Positions 37,530 through 50,791 are shown, numbered from the whole stretch's first letter. The stretch is 61,822 nt of DNA, filler included, from Globobulimina sp. (GCA_003354225.1; 22 parts of 22 records of this genome joined end to end with filler, not necessarily neighbours in it); one strand, 5' to 3'. Numbers and translations: made by a program. The notes: generated from the letters alone by a model not told the origin.

Positions 37530-38890
37530 TGTGAAGTTTTGGCGTTGGTCAGGACTTCAATTTTTTTGAAAGCATAGACATCAAACCAATCTTTGTCAAA
37601 CAAAGTTTAACAAACGTTAGAAATCAGTTCTCCCATCACCTAGGAACTGAATCCACCGAATCTCGCGCCACTTGACAAGAAATATCATGACTTATGCATT
37701 GAGAGTATGTATACACTGTCAGACAACATATTACGTTTCTATATTTATTTTCAAATAATAATACACGAATACAGAGAAAGAAAAGCAACAATAATCACAG
37801 CAATAATTGGAATATCATTGCAAAACATTATTATGAAAGGACCTACAAATATCCACAAAATAATTTATCCACAAAATAATATCCATAAAAAGAAGAAAAA
37901 CTAGAAATAATTATAGGTCGTGGTGTTGAATGTATATGAAATCATTGCAATGCATTTGAATCACATAAAAAAGGATATAAAACAGTAATTATTGAGTTAA
38001 ATAATGGTGTGCCATGAGCACAAGTTATCACTGTCACATTGATGGGAATTCCATTTTTGTTGCACCGAAATTGGTTATTTAATAAATATAAATCATTAGA
38101 TATATTCAATAATGAGAAAACTGCATGATATAAAAAAAAACACTGTAAATATTTTCAAACTTTATTGACTAAAAATGATACCAATAAAAATGGAATATAT
38201 GATGATGTTCAATAACATGTTATTTATGATGCAAATATACTACGTTTAAAATAGATTGGTAAGGACATTTAATAATACGAAATGAGACTTTGAAATTTGC
38301 CGCAAATACAAAAGTTTTAGTTTGCCTGAGATCGTATTTAAATTGAATCAAAAATATTGTCAGACGTATACAAATGGAAAGAGTAAAAATAATTAAGTTT
38401 CTTGTCAAGAACCGCGAAAATATGATTAAAGTGTTTAAATATTCATTGGTAATCGATCCATAACATAATATTTGATATTTCCATTTTTTGTCGTTAAAAG
38501 TATAAAAACGCATTGCTAGTATGTTCAAAGTAGATGCTCAAATTATGCTGTTTTTCACAACTGTGAAATATAATATATATAGAAAATGTTCCACACAATT
38601 TGTAAAATTAATTAATTAGTATTGTTTCTAATATTGATATGGATTTATTTGTAGTTTTACAATTATTCAGATTTTCGCCCTGCTTTTGTGTATATGTTTG
38701 CATTTCGATTATCGATGATCTTTGAGAAGACATTATTGATGCAACATTTGATTGTCTTACATTGGATAATCGATTTAAATGACTTGCTAAAGCTTTGAAT
38801 TCTTGCAACATTTTGTTGACGATTTCTTCTTTTGCATCACTTGTTGATTGCTGTTAATGATAGACTTGCGGATTATCTTGGTTTGTGACA
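37530..38890 (-). pseudogene. Decayed multi-pass membrane protein gene
   Basis: Protein-like hydrophobic stretches (IILWIFVGPFIIMFCNDIPIIAVIIVAFLSLY, IPINVTVITCAHGTPL) interrupted by TGA, TAA and TAG stops, frameshifts and a 15-nt tandem duplication near 37850-37885. Confidence 0.35.
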
Positions 38891-38943
38891 TGGTTTTTAG
38901 TAAATTTATGGTTTTTTTGTGCTCACAAAAACCATATCTAGTA

Positions 38944-39318
38944 ATGGAATATTTCGCCGAGACAAATCATAAATTGAGTGACAACAGCACCAAGCTGACA
39001 GTAACGGGCTCTTCATACTTTGAAAATGCATTTGGAAATATTCTGATTCGATCAACGAGCAAAGAATGTCATTGTTGGCAGTTTAAAATATTAAGAAACA
39101 AAGAATCGTATGGTACTGATATTGGTATTGTAAAAGATGAAAATAACGATTTAGATTTACAACAATCATTCACTTCAAATGGATATGGATATGGTTTATG
39201 TAGCAATGGCAACATATATTCATCCAATTGTAACAAACAAAATTATAAATTAAAAAATTGCAAACAAAAATATAAAACAAATGATATCGTTTTAATGACT
39301 TTAGATTTAAACCATGGC
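38944..39318 (+). CDS. SPRY/B30.2-like domain protein, 3'-truncated
   Basis: NAFGNILI...HCWQFKI...IGIV...YGYGL.SNG.IY...YKTNDIVLMTLDL. Confidence 0.7.
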
Positions 39319-39770
39319 NNNNNNNNNNNNNNNNNNNNNNNNNNNNNNNNNNNNNNNNNNNNTTAATTAATTAANNNNNNNNNNNNNNNNNNNNNNNNNN
39401 NNNNNNNNNNNNNNNNNNCAACAGACTGTTTATGACATTGTTTAAAATGACTGCGAAAAAAGTCCAAGTTTTACGAATATTACAAAACAATATATAAGAC
39501 ATTGTTCAACAAAACACACTATACCCAATATTGTTTTTATATGTACAACTTTTGATATACAAAAAAAAGGGTACATCAATTCGAAAAAATTATCAACAAC
39601 AAAAAAATAACTCATTTGTACAAAATACAAACTGTAACATTCAACTCAAAAAAAAACAAAACAAAAATACAAAACACAAAAAATTTTGAAAGATACAAAT
39701 ACATCATTTAATACATTTTATCGTATAAATAAACACAAACACAAACACGATATATTTTATATATTTTCAT

Positions 39771-41425
39771 TTATAACAATAAACTGTATTTTTCTTCAAT
39801 TGCGGTAAATTTATATTTATTAAATGCAGGATGAGATGTATTCAGTTGAAATATACAAATATTCCACCATTCAATCCTTTCATTTGGATTCACAAATCGA
39901 AGTAATTTATTTTTCTGTTCGCGATACGCAATTAATTTCGGATAACCCGCGTCGATCTGATCCATTTTCTTAAAATATAGCAACACTTTTGAATGCCAAC
40001 GCTTTTGCTCCGATGTCGTTGCAATAAATTCATTTTCAATATATCTCGTCAACCGATTAATTGTCATATTTTCCATATTCCCCATCACAAATTGCAAAGG
40101 AGTTATTTCTTGAAAATAGATATCAAACCATTTCAGAAACGTAATACATTGTTGTTTCTCGTTACAAACACGCATAATTTTGGCTTTATTTGTGTTTTCA
40201 TCGAATTTAATCAGATTTCTTTTGTCAAATAACAACCATTTCCGTGTGGGGATCATTCTTATTTTAAACCTATTCATCTTTTCATTCTTTCCGGTGTCAT
40301 AAAACCGACACATAATCTCATTCTGCGATAATAACAACTGTTGAGACAATGGAATATTATACGTATCACTCCATATTTCGCGCAACGATAAGTAGTCCAT
40401 ATTGGCAGCATAGCGATGATAATTATAATTTGTGTGTATAATCATACCCAATGCGTCCACATATTTTTGCTCACAATCATCGATTATAAAATTCATATTT
40501 GAAATAGCCACGTTACACTTTGTCATCTCTCGCAAGCAAACAATACCATTGTGGTACGAGGTTAATTTAAAAGATTTTATATCTTCGCGCTCCAAATAAC
40601 TGCAAATATGAGAGATAGAGTCAGCAGATAACTGCGATAACGACATGTCAGTATTATGCTGTGGGACGGCAATATTTTGAGTATTTTTGACTTTGATCAT
40701 TTGCTGGATTTGCTGTAGCTTTTTGGTGGAAGCGTTTTCAATTAAAATGGACAAAATATTGCCCATTCCGCCGTAAATACTGTCAATTATGTCTTTGGCG
40801 CAGGACTCTTTTACTTCGTTTGGTATATTTGAATAAGCTCTCTTTGTTTCTAATGACAGCGCTAAATGATTTACTTCTTTTTGTAATGTATGAATGCCAA
40901 AGCTGTCCACTTCTGCAGTATTATCTAAATGGAGCCAGGTTTTACGTTTTATTGGCTGCGTAATTCCATCGCTGACATCAAGTAAATATTGTACCTGTTA
41001 TATTGATGTATATGCAATTATATACGTATGATTTGTGATTTGCCAACAACGTTTGCGTTGTGTTGTACCTGTACTTGTCCGGACCGCTGAGAGCATGCAA
41101 CCACTTCCGCTTTTCGCCAGCCCTGATGCTGTTTGATATGTATGTCAACAAATGATCCTTTTTTAATGTTTTTTAATCGATGCGCAGGTCTTTGCGAGAT
41201 GGAGTTAGGAAACGCAAAGCGATGTAAGTCATTCATATATGAACATTCAGTGTCATGTTGTGAAGATAGTGCGTCATAATGAATTCTGACCATTCCTGAT
41301 CGTTGATTCGCTTTATGAATGATTGTGGCCAATGCATACTGGCCATATATATTACGATGGTCTATTTTATCACCAACTTTTAAAGTATGTGCTTCTAGAA
41401 AACTCATATTCTGTTTGAAAGCCAT
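39771..41425 (-). CDS. Tandem Agenet/Tudor-like domain protein with F-box-like motif, 2 exons
   Basis: LKVGDKIDHR...VRIHYD and KKGSFVD...GWRKAEV...SGQVQ|VQY...WLHLDN (intron 40995-41068); LSQLSADSISHICSYL is F-box-like. Confidence 0.6.
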
Positions 41426-41495
41426 GTCCCTTAAAAAATGTTAAATAAAGTGATTTTTGATCCACAAATTCTGTTGTATATACCAGCCGCACTCA

Positions 41496-42017
41496 ATGGC
41501 AGCTCCTCCAGCTTATGAAGAAGCCCAACCAGCATATCCAGCGTTACAACAACAAAACCCAGCACCACCTCCTGCATTTAATCAATCTGAACCTGCCACA
41601 GTAGTCATCCATCAGCCATCAGCCACTCCACAATCAGGCGCAGTAACAAACGGTGGTGAATCCTATCAAGCAGCTACAGCCCAAAGAAATGCGCCAGCAG
41701 ACGTTGTAGGTGGCGGTGAAAGTTCGGGGCAAAAACAAATTATAGTTTTTGTACAACCTCAAAACCCATATCAGGCACAAAACATAATCTATCAACCAGG
41801 CACGCACATATTTACAATATATATACAACAAATCCTACAGAAAACACTATAAAAAAACCCATAAAACACAGCTAATTATCGTCGCCAATATGTGCGGCCA
41901 CGCGGCAACAAACCACCAGATTTATTTTCATTTAAAATCAGAGATCACAAAGTCAACGCATTTGGTTCAAATTTGTTGGTGTTGGTGGTGATCAAAAAGC
42001 TCACATGGAAGGAGTAG
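41496..42017 (+). CDS. P/Q-rich (PPAY-motif) protein; 3' end probably chimeric
   Basis: MAAPPAYEE start. Putative GC-AG intron 41800-41871 continues the frame into NYRRQYVRPRG...LLVLVV; composition turns GC-rich after about 41985. Confidence 0.5.
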
Positions 42018-42360
42018 GCGGCATCGGTGTAGGTGGGCAACTGCAAGAGTCCTGGAGCCGCCCGCACCGTCCTTGAGTTCCACAATATCGGCAAACATCG
42101 AATCGCTGGCACCGAAGTCGGAGTCCCCGGAGNNNNNNNNNNNNNNNNNNNNNNNNNNNNNNNNNNNNNNNNNNNNTTAATTAATTAANNNNNNNNNNNN
42201 NNNNNNNNNNNNNNNNNNNNNNNNNNNNNNNNTTTCCATCTGATCGACTTCTTTCCTCCGGTGACAACACGATCTGCTCTGTTTCTGGCTGTCGTATCGA
42301 AGCATTCGCACTTGGTTGTACTTGGGTAGGATTACTTGCTTCCCGATGATAGGCTATAGT

Positions 42361-44946
42361 TCAATTCACGTTTTGAATCGGCATGTCCTCTGGTGCTTGC
42401 CCAAGGCACTCTTGTACATTAGACATACCTGGTGTTTGTGCCCTATCTGCTTGTATTTCCTCCTCACCAATAGCCATTGTATTTGGTTCCTCGCTATTGG
42501 GTTGGCTCGCTTCGTTCACTTCCGTTGGTAGGTACTGTATCTGGTACTGCGGTTGACATTGCATCTCATTTGACAGTCTAGATCTAGTTTCCGACACCTG
42601 CGAGTTGCCATCATTCGATGTCTCTCCTTCATCACCCGAATGATCACACAATCTCGAAGTAGATGCATTGGGTCCGCTATATGGTACTCTAGTTCTACTT
42701 TCACCTCCGACCTCCATCGTTGGACTGTCGCGGTCTCCGTTATCTTCAGTACCTTCTGCTACAGTACGTAAAGGATTTACACAATTTTCCGCCATTGACG
42801 CCTCCAAAAAATCTTCCCACATTAGTACAATGGGATTTCTGTTATTCTCTACTTCCTCTATTTCGGCAGGTACCTCATCGATCAACCCAATTGGTAAAAA
42901 CAGATCGCGTTCAATAATATTGGGTTCATGGTACGGTCTCAAGTGGTTCTTATGACGATATATTTTTCGACCATTTGGCTTATCTTTATCGACCAATATA
43001 ACGCTAGTATCAAAAACCCTTTGTACTCTAAATGGACCACTATAATGGAGATGATACTTGTTTACTGTGTCTTTCCCTTTATTTGGTGACCATGCGTAAA
43101 CAAGCATCCCTTCACCAATATCAAATGTATCTACCCGCTGATTAGCATAATTCAAAAATTTACGGGTATTTTTTGCTGTCACTTCTTTACACAATTCGCG
43201 AGCTTCTTCCACATATTTCCATAAGCGTTTACGATAGTCTGCTGCATCAACATGAGCATTGACAGGAATCATTCCAAACAATCTATCTATTGGCAATATT
43301 GGGTCTCTACCATAGATTAAATTGAAAGGTGACATGCCTGTAGTTGCATTAATGGCTACATGCATACTGTAAACTGCATGATCAAGAAACTCATCCCATC
43401 GATCGCTTCCGTTTCGGGCTACATATCGAGTCACAATTTGAGTAAGCGTTTTATTCGCTCTCTCTATTAAACCATTCGTTGCTGGCATATAAGCTGGTGA
43501 ACAACGATGTTTTATACCCAAATTTTGGAGAAGACTAGTAAACTCATTTGACGTAAAATTCCTTCCATTATCGGTAGTTACTGCTTCCGGTATACCATGT
43601 CGAGTAGTAACTACCTTAACAAAAGCGTCTACTGTCTCTTCCGCTGAAGCCAGTTTCATTGGGTATACCTCGTTCCATCGTGAAAACCGATCGATGCAAT
43701 GAAATATATATCGATAACCATTTCTCGAATGTTCAATTGGTCCAATTAGATCAATATGAACATCCGAAAATGGCCCAGTTGGTTCGATATACATTTTATA
43801 CGCTTCCCTGTGTGGATGTTGGTCATTTCGAGCCAATTGACAAGCCTCACATGCTTCTACGTACTCTGTCACCCAATTGTGCATATTATACCAATAATAC
43901 CTTTTTCTCAATTGTTGCAACATTTGGACAATTCCCATATGACCAGCATATGGGTTATCATGCAAGTTTGCCAATACTTTCGGTATCAATTGTTGTGGTA
44001 TTACCAATCGAGGTGGTCCATGAGACGGACAAAAATACAGACATTTGCTCACAATAACAAATTTGTCGTGTTTTTTCCCGAATATGTTTTTCGGAGAGCC
44101 CTGTTCGAATGCAGCTATTATATTAAATAATTCGGCATCTTTGCGCTGTTGATATGCAAATTGGACGGGTGCCACTAATAGTCGATCGGTCGGTAGGTCA
44201 GGCCACATTTCGCGAACTGTTTTCTGAGTGCCTTCCGGTTTTGCATGTACTCTCGATGTTCCCTGATCTAATGTCAAAATGCGAGCATAATGTTTTTGTT
44301 TCGCAACTTCTGTTCGCGCACGTACTATCAATAAGCGCTCGGTTTTTTCTGGACGTCCGTTTTTTGACATTCTCACAAATCTGTCCCATTCAATTTGACC
44401 CTTAGTGCGTCCCAATGCTAAACTTCTTACCCCCGCTTCCGCTGGCGCGCCTGATTTTGGTACTGGGTCTACTTCTGGTCGACTTAAACTATCAGCTACC
44501 GGATTATCAACACCTGGGACATATCGGATTTCAAAATCGAATTTACTCATCTTTTCAGCCCAACGGAACAATTTTTCTTGGGCTTTTTTATTGTCCCATA
44601 CTCCCTCTAACGGTTTATGATCGGTATAAATAATAATTTTATGTCCCGCGATAAGTTCTTGCACTTCCTCTGTACAATACACAACTGCATATCCCTCCTT
44701 CACCGTCGTATTCCAGTTTCTTTCCGCTGGTTTTAACGTGCGTGAAAGATATGCTATTGGGTGTTTGCCCGTGTCTCCTTCGTCGCCCTCCTGACATAGT
44801 ACACCTCCAACTCCGACATTACTAGCATCCGTATATAGAAAAAAATCTTTAGCCAAATTAGGATATGCCAATATAGGTTCTGAGATTAACAACTCTTTCG
44901 CTTTTTCGAAAGCCTTCTGCTGTTCTACACCCCACTCTTTTTCAAT
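42361..44946 (-). mobile_element. pol: Ty3/Gypsy LTR retrotransposon pol (RNase H + integrase), intact frame, 5'-truncated
   Basis: W..EQQKAFEK, LYTDAS..GVGGVL, PIAYLSRTL, YTDHKPL, NPVADSLSR. HHCC (HDNPYAGH...CEACQ), DDE (HIDLIGP, TDNG, NGLIERAN), GPF module. Domain order is RH then IN. Confidence 0.96.
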
Positions 44947-46710
44947 NNNNNNNNNNNNNNNNNNNNNNNNNNNNNNNNNNNNNNNNNNNNTTAATTAATT
45001 AANNNNNNNNNNNNNNNNNNNNNNNNNNNNNNNNNNNNNNNNNNNNGGGCTGAGGCTGCCATCAAATACGGCCTAAAAATGAAACATTGCCGCTAATAAT
45101 AGCCTCATTGCATAATTTCGGTCATAATTGCCAGTGATTTTAGATCTATTTCAAAGAGCAGCTGGCATTTAAAAAATGATGCTTTGCCCGAACATATTTT
45201 GTACATACGTGGACTGAATAAAATTGGTAATAACGAGGCCAATGCTAACACAGATAATACATAATAAGGGGCAGATGTTGTGTGTCGTGGTCGTTTGCAT
45301 GCGGCTGACTTGTCAATGTTATCTGAATCATTCTGAATGTGCATATATTATTTTGTATCAATGTTATCTGAATATAATTATTTTGTGTCTGTATAGCTTA
45401 ACTAATTTATGTTTATCACTCACAGCAACCGATGTTAACCGCGATGATCCTGCATTGTTATTGACGGATATATTTAAATTTGCGTCGTTTTGATGAATTG
45501 CGATGTTTGTATGTGATACGTATGGTATATCAATATCGATTGTTGTGGTATACGTATGCATATTATATACGAATGACTCATTACTAGTGATTGTATGGCT
45601 GTTATTTTATTATATATATATACGTTGTTTTATATGATTTTGGGATGCTATTAAATATAGATTACGTTGAAATGATTGGATCTGCAGTTTGTCTGTCGAC
45701 TGTTTGGTTGTTGGTTGCGATGCACAAATTGAGAGCGAGATACAATAACGACGCCATTTGAAGAAGGTTTTTTTATTATTTTTGTTATTGTAAAATTGTT
45801 TTTGAATGCAAAAATCACAAATCACAAATCAACATTTAGTGGTTGGATTTGGATCAGCAAAAATTATGTGAGGTTGGAAGGTTGGAAAGTCATACTCATG
45901 TGGCTGTATATTTAAATGCGTCATAGATGAGGAAGAGGTTCGTTGTTTAATATTAAAATAATGACATTTGAAAAACAGTATATGACTCCGATCTAATCCA
46001 AGCAGATATACTCTCAAAAAATCCTAATAATTCCACAACATCTTCTCCCTCGAATGTATCACCTGTATCGAGCTCGCGATTTACACCGTATTTATACGTA
46101 CAATTTGCATAAAAATATGTTACATGGATTATGGACACATTCGATCGATTTAAAATTGATTATAAGCGAGAAAATATCGATCCATTATACTTGAGTCAAA
46201 TGTGTGTAAAGTTTGGTACATATTACAAGTTCCAACGATTGAGCACGATAATAAGCCATTATTATTTTCAAAAAATGATATCGATGCGTATCAAAACTGG
46301 AAAAATAAAATATGGACAAATTTTGTTAATGACCATATGATGATGATGATTGAAACAGAGGAAGAAGCAGATGATGACGATGATTGATGACGATATTGAG
46401 GGAAATCAAGATGTTGACTTGAAACATTTACTTGTATTATAGGCTAAATACCATAGCTTTTGAATTAATATTTTTTTTCAACCATAGAAGCCATAATAAA
46501 GTTCAAGCCTTATGCTAGATCGACTGAGTGACAACGAATTTTTTTGATCAATGAGTGCAATTTCCAAACTGTAAGATGCTGAAAAATAGGAAATGTGTAA
46601 AATGTTACAAAAATATAATATATTAAATATAAATGTAATAATAAGTCTCTATAATATATCTGCAAAGAAAAAAAAACAAAATCAATATGTGTATATATAT
46701 GAAGCTCACC

Positions 46711-47759
46711 TTAAAAAAAAGAAAAAGCAACAACTGCAAATGATACAACATAAGCAATATACACATTATAAGAAAAAGATGCATCATGATCAGAATGAGA
46801 CGCTTCTTCATCGATACCACCCGAAGTTGAAACCTCATCGACATAATGTGATATTCTATTAACTGCATCAGAATCACCATCAGAACTTAATAATAATCGA
46901 ACTCTTCTTCTTCCACCATTTAATAATTTCAAATTTACAATTGCATGCAACCAAAATTTACTGATTTGGAATGATGGCACAAGTAAACTAAATCGCACTG
47001 ATTGATCATTGGGAGCTGTATATATCACTCCTTCTAAATTTGCGTCATAGACTGCACCATCTTTGAAAGGTTGAGCTATCTCATGAATAGTGTCCGGACC
47101 AAGACAACCACCGTCACCGCTTAATTGTGAGGTTATTGTCAATGACGAAGATGTTGTACAAAGGTAAACGTGTAATACATCAATACCAAAGACAGCATAC
47201 GCAGCAATATCAGCAACACTTACATCAACATACATTCTTGAACTAATTGGAAACGGATGTGTTTCAGAAACCTCATTGGAAAAATACACATCGTCATAAT
47301 ATTTAATATCACCCTCAAATGTTTGGATATAAATTTCTTGATCGCATGACTCAACATATTGTAAGGTGTCCGTTAATTGTTGGGTTGTGCCCGCTGCTCC
47401 AAATTCTGATTCAAACAATGAACAATCATATCCAGTACGACAACTTGGCTCTGTTTCTAATATGACGGCTGTTGATAAATCCATACTTGAAAGACAGGAG
47501 GATATATTAATTTCGATTTGAAACTTTTGATAACATTGATATGTTGTTTCAAATAAGCATTCTGCACCAGAATAACTGATATCTTCGGCAATCGAAACGG
47601 ATGAAACATCTGTTACATAGGAAGTGGTCGGCGTAACGAGATTAACATTGATTAAATTAATGAAGTTCGCAGTATACGATAATATATCGATTAATAACTT
47701 GCTATTTGTTTCATCATATTGTACTGCTAAGACACTGATGTCAAATAATATGACAGCTG
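46711..47759 (-). CDS. C-terminus of an extracellular protein with dibasic site and terminal hydrophobic anchor (ZP/FRAS1-C-like)
   Basis: Frame open from the contig end. Beta-rich domain, VYLCT...GGCL, FWLHAIV, RRRVRLL, hydrophobic C-terminal 20 aa. Confidence 0.55.
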
Positions 47760-47859
47760 NNNNNNNNNNNNNNNNNNNNNNNNNNNNNNNNNNNNNNNNN
47801 NNNTTAATTAATTAANNNNNNNNNNNNNNNNNNNNNNNNNNNNNNNNNNNNNNNNNNNN

Positions 47860-48770
47860 GATTGACCCAGTCCATTTTATAAAATATATACATACAACAA
47901 GGAGTTACGACATACATTATCATCATATAAACAACCGGTATTCCATACGATTCCGAGCCATTCGGATCATCGGCTAATGTTAGCACTAAAATAGCCAAAG
48001 ACAATGCTGTATTTTGATTACTTGTTTCGATCGCAACCGCCACTGAACTCGACTGTGGTAATTTGAATAATTTGGCAACGGCAAGAGACAAAATCCACGC
48101 AGAGCACACTAAAAAAAACGGTGCCAACCAATCATTGATGGAATAATCATAAAAGGGATAATCAGATATCAGATTCAAATAAAATCCATAAACAATGGCA
48201 AAGATAACAGCCATTGTTCCAATCAACACACAGCATTTAACCAATTTGTGCAACATTGTATATTTTAGGGAATACTGTTGATGCAAATATGATATTATTA
48301 GTCCAGAACATAAGCCAGAAACTAAGAATATTATCGATAACATCATTCCAAACCAATCAAATTCTAAATCTGTATCTTCCAATCCCAGTACATATTGAAT
48401 GTAAAGTGTTCCATTTAAGGGTATCATTGCAAATGCTAAAATGGATGAAAATGAAGTCATTGCTATGGACAGTTCCACATCGGCGCTGATCAACAAAACA
48501 GAAGTAATTACTAATGACGCCTCCCGGTGTGGTACCTACGATAATCATTGCAACTGACATTCTTATGTTCAACTTAAAAATTGCACAATATAACCAACTG
48601 AGAAATGGTAATAGAATATACTGGCAAATAAATCCTATGATAATACCTTTTGGACGGACAAATTTTGATTTCAATTGTTTTAAATCAATCGTCGATGCAA
48701 CGCCAAACATCATAAAATATAATATTACTCCCAATAATATGGATTCTGTGGATATACTACCAAACTGCAT
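47860..48770 (-). CDS. SLC10/BASS sodium:bile-acid symporter family protein with a +1 frameshift, 3'-truncated
   Basis: MFGVA, PKGIIIGFICQYILLP, PGGVISN, ADVELSIAMTSFSS, VAIETSNQN. One extra base at about 48494-48498 splits the ORF. Confidence 0.85.
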
Positions 48771-48934
48771 GGTTTTTGTTATGTATTGGTTTGTTTGGCC
48801 TTGTCGAATGGCAGTGATAATCAATGGATTGTGTTTATAACGTTGGTGTGAGATTGGTTAAATTGTATATGGCGTCGATGTTTTATTTGAAAAAAAAACA
48901 TAAAAACACTCAAAATTAACAAGGAATATTGACA

Positions 48935-50231
48935 ATGTTGTTGCTTGCTTGCGCGTCGTTGCTACAGCTCATATTAGTGCATTCTCAGTCCTCATATCCA
49001 ATTTACAATGTAAGCTGCAGCAGTGACAGCCATTATGATTGTGGTTATGCCATTGGAGTACAGGCAAGAACCCGCATTCAAAGATATATTGCAACATATC
49101 CGCATATGGCTGAATTGCGCATTTGTCTAATAATAGGATGTTCCGTACAATTGAGAGATTTAGTTTTTTATAACCGTGATATTTGGCCACAGGTTTTTTA
49201 CCTTTATACTTTATCCAGATTCAATTATTCAACATTTAACTATCAACAATAAGTATTATGAAGAAATTCAAGGCATTGCTGAAGTTACGTAATATCATAA
49301 GCTGTATGACATACATATTTTTATTGATTTTTCGCAGGGAGCTAACGTTGAGGAAATGGACATTCATTTATTAACATTCAAACACGAAGTATTAGCACTT
49401 CGCGGCATAGCTGAGAAAGTCTCACAGGATGAAGGGAGTGATATTTTATTGAATGAAAACGGAATATTACGTTTTGAAGGTTTTGGTCATAATGAAGATG
49501 GATGGTCGGGATTGACAGAAACGGGGTTTTTCTCGCATTACAGCATAAATGGTGAGAATGAATTTTTTTCCTTTGATTATCCAGGCTCTCTGATTGGACA
49601 TTCATTTGGTTTCAACCAGTTTGGATTGGCAGTTTCAACCAATATCTTATATCCATCCAATGTGTCTACTGAGGCGAGAGGTGTTTATTGGTTAACGAGA
49701 GCTATGTTGGATGCTCAGAGTCTGTCGGAAGCCGTAGATGTCATAAATGATAATGCTGCGACATGCTCGTTTGGTGTGTCTATAAATCTCGGCTATTTAG
49801 ACAGGAATAATAATGGCAGGATCACAATCGCAAATGTTGAAGTTGCGAATAATGCAGTTTCCATTCAATATTATGGCGAAGATGGCGAACATCCCAATGA
49901 GGAAGCATATGGATTCCATTTCGATGAGTATTTGAGATTGGATGTGGAACAAGAAACGGATATTCCATCTGGATTTAGATTGAGTCGCACAGAGGAGTTG
50001 ATCGCACAAAATGGAATACCGAAGCATGCAGCGGATATTGTGAATATTTTGGGTGATACTGAGGATGCACAATATCCAATTTATCGAGATGGCGCAGCGC
50101 CGGATACTGCGACGACTTTATCGACTGCAATATTTGACATAGCGAGACAAAGTATGAGTGTCTATCAAGTGTGCAATCCAAAAACATGTGATGCTGCTTT
50201 TACACTCTCTTTTGACTTTGATGAGTTGTGA
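48935..50231 (+). CDS. Secreted peptidase C45 / acyl-CoA:6-APA acyltransferase-like Ntn-hydrolase homolog, 3 exons
   Basis: Signal peptide, YDCGYAIG, WPQ|YYEEIQGIAE|GA (introns 49193-49253 and 49284-49337; 30-nt exon), GHNED, YPG.L.G..FGFN..GL, ILGD...YPIYR, TLSTAIFD. Confidence 0.85.
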
Positions 50232-50672
50232 TCATGACTTGTAAGGGATATATACATTTGATTCAATTATCTGAGAAACAGTTTTCAATGAATGTAGCAT
50301 AATGTAGGTGCATTTAAATATTTTCAATGAATGTGACCGTTAGTAAGGAAAAAAAATACAAATTACATTTTTTTGGTAATATAAATATAATACATAGAAT
50401 TTGCGTGTTTTGATACTCAAAGCAATTTAAAATCATTATCTCCAGACTCATACGTCAATATTTGTACGGCAGGATAATAGATTTTATTTTTGTCTTTCAA
50501 TTCTGCCTCAAACACAAATTCACCATTTTTCCAAAAACAAACTGTCCAAAAATTACAATCCAATCGAACTCTNNNNNNNNNNNNNNNNNNNNNNNNNNNN
50601 NNNNNNNNNNNNNNNNTTAATTAATTAANNNNNNNNNNNNNNNNNNNNNNNNNNNNNNNNNNNNNNNNNNNN

Positions 50673-50791
50673 GGAATATCTTCACTGGGCATTGGTGATG
50701 GTTTTGTGTGGTATTTAAATCAAAGGAGCAAACAATATGGGCATAGATCGGAGAATGAATCCATGAGTACTACATCAAAGGGATTGCGTCC
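50673..50791 (+). repeat. 119-bp terminal direct repeat, identical to 53267-53385 (self-overlapping contig)
   Basis: GGAATATCTTCACTGGGC...GGATTGCGTCC appears at both contig ends. Confidence 0.95.

Noticed and set aside
37530..38600. In-frame TGA codons (also one near 11120) as stop-codon reassignment or selenocysteine
   Set aside because: The same region has TAA, TAG and frameshifts, and intact genes elsewhere end in TAA or TGA under the standard code; decay fits better.
45047..46600. Short ORF fragments, one faintly like a transposase-associated C-terminal domain (45829-46138)
   Set aside because: Frameshifted, short and without catalytic motifs; cannot be supported.
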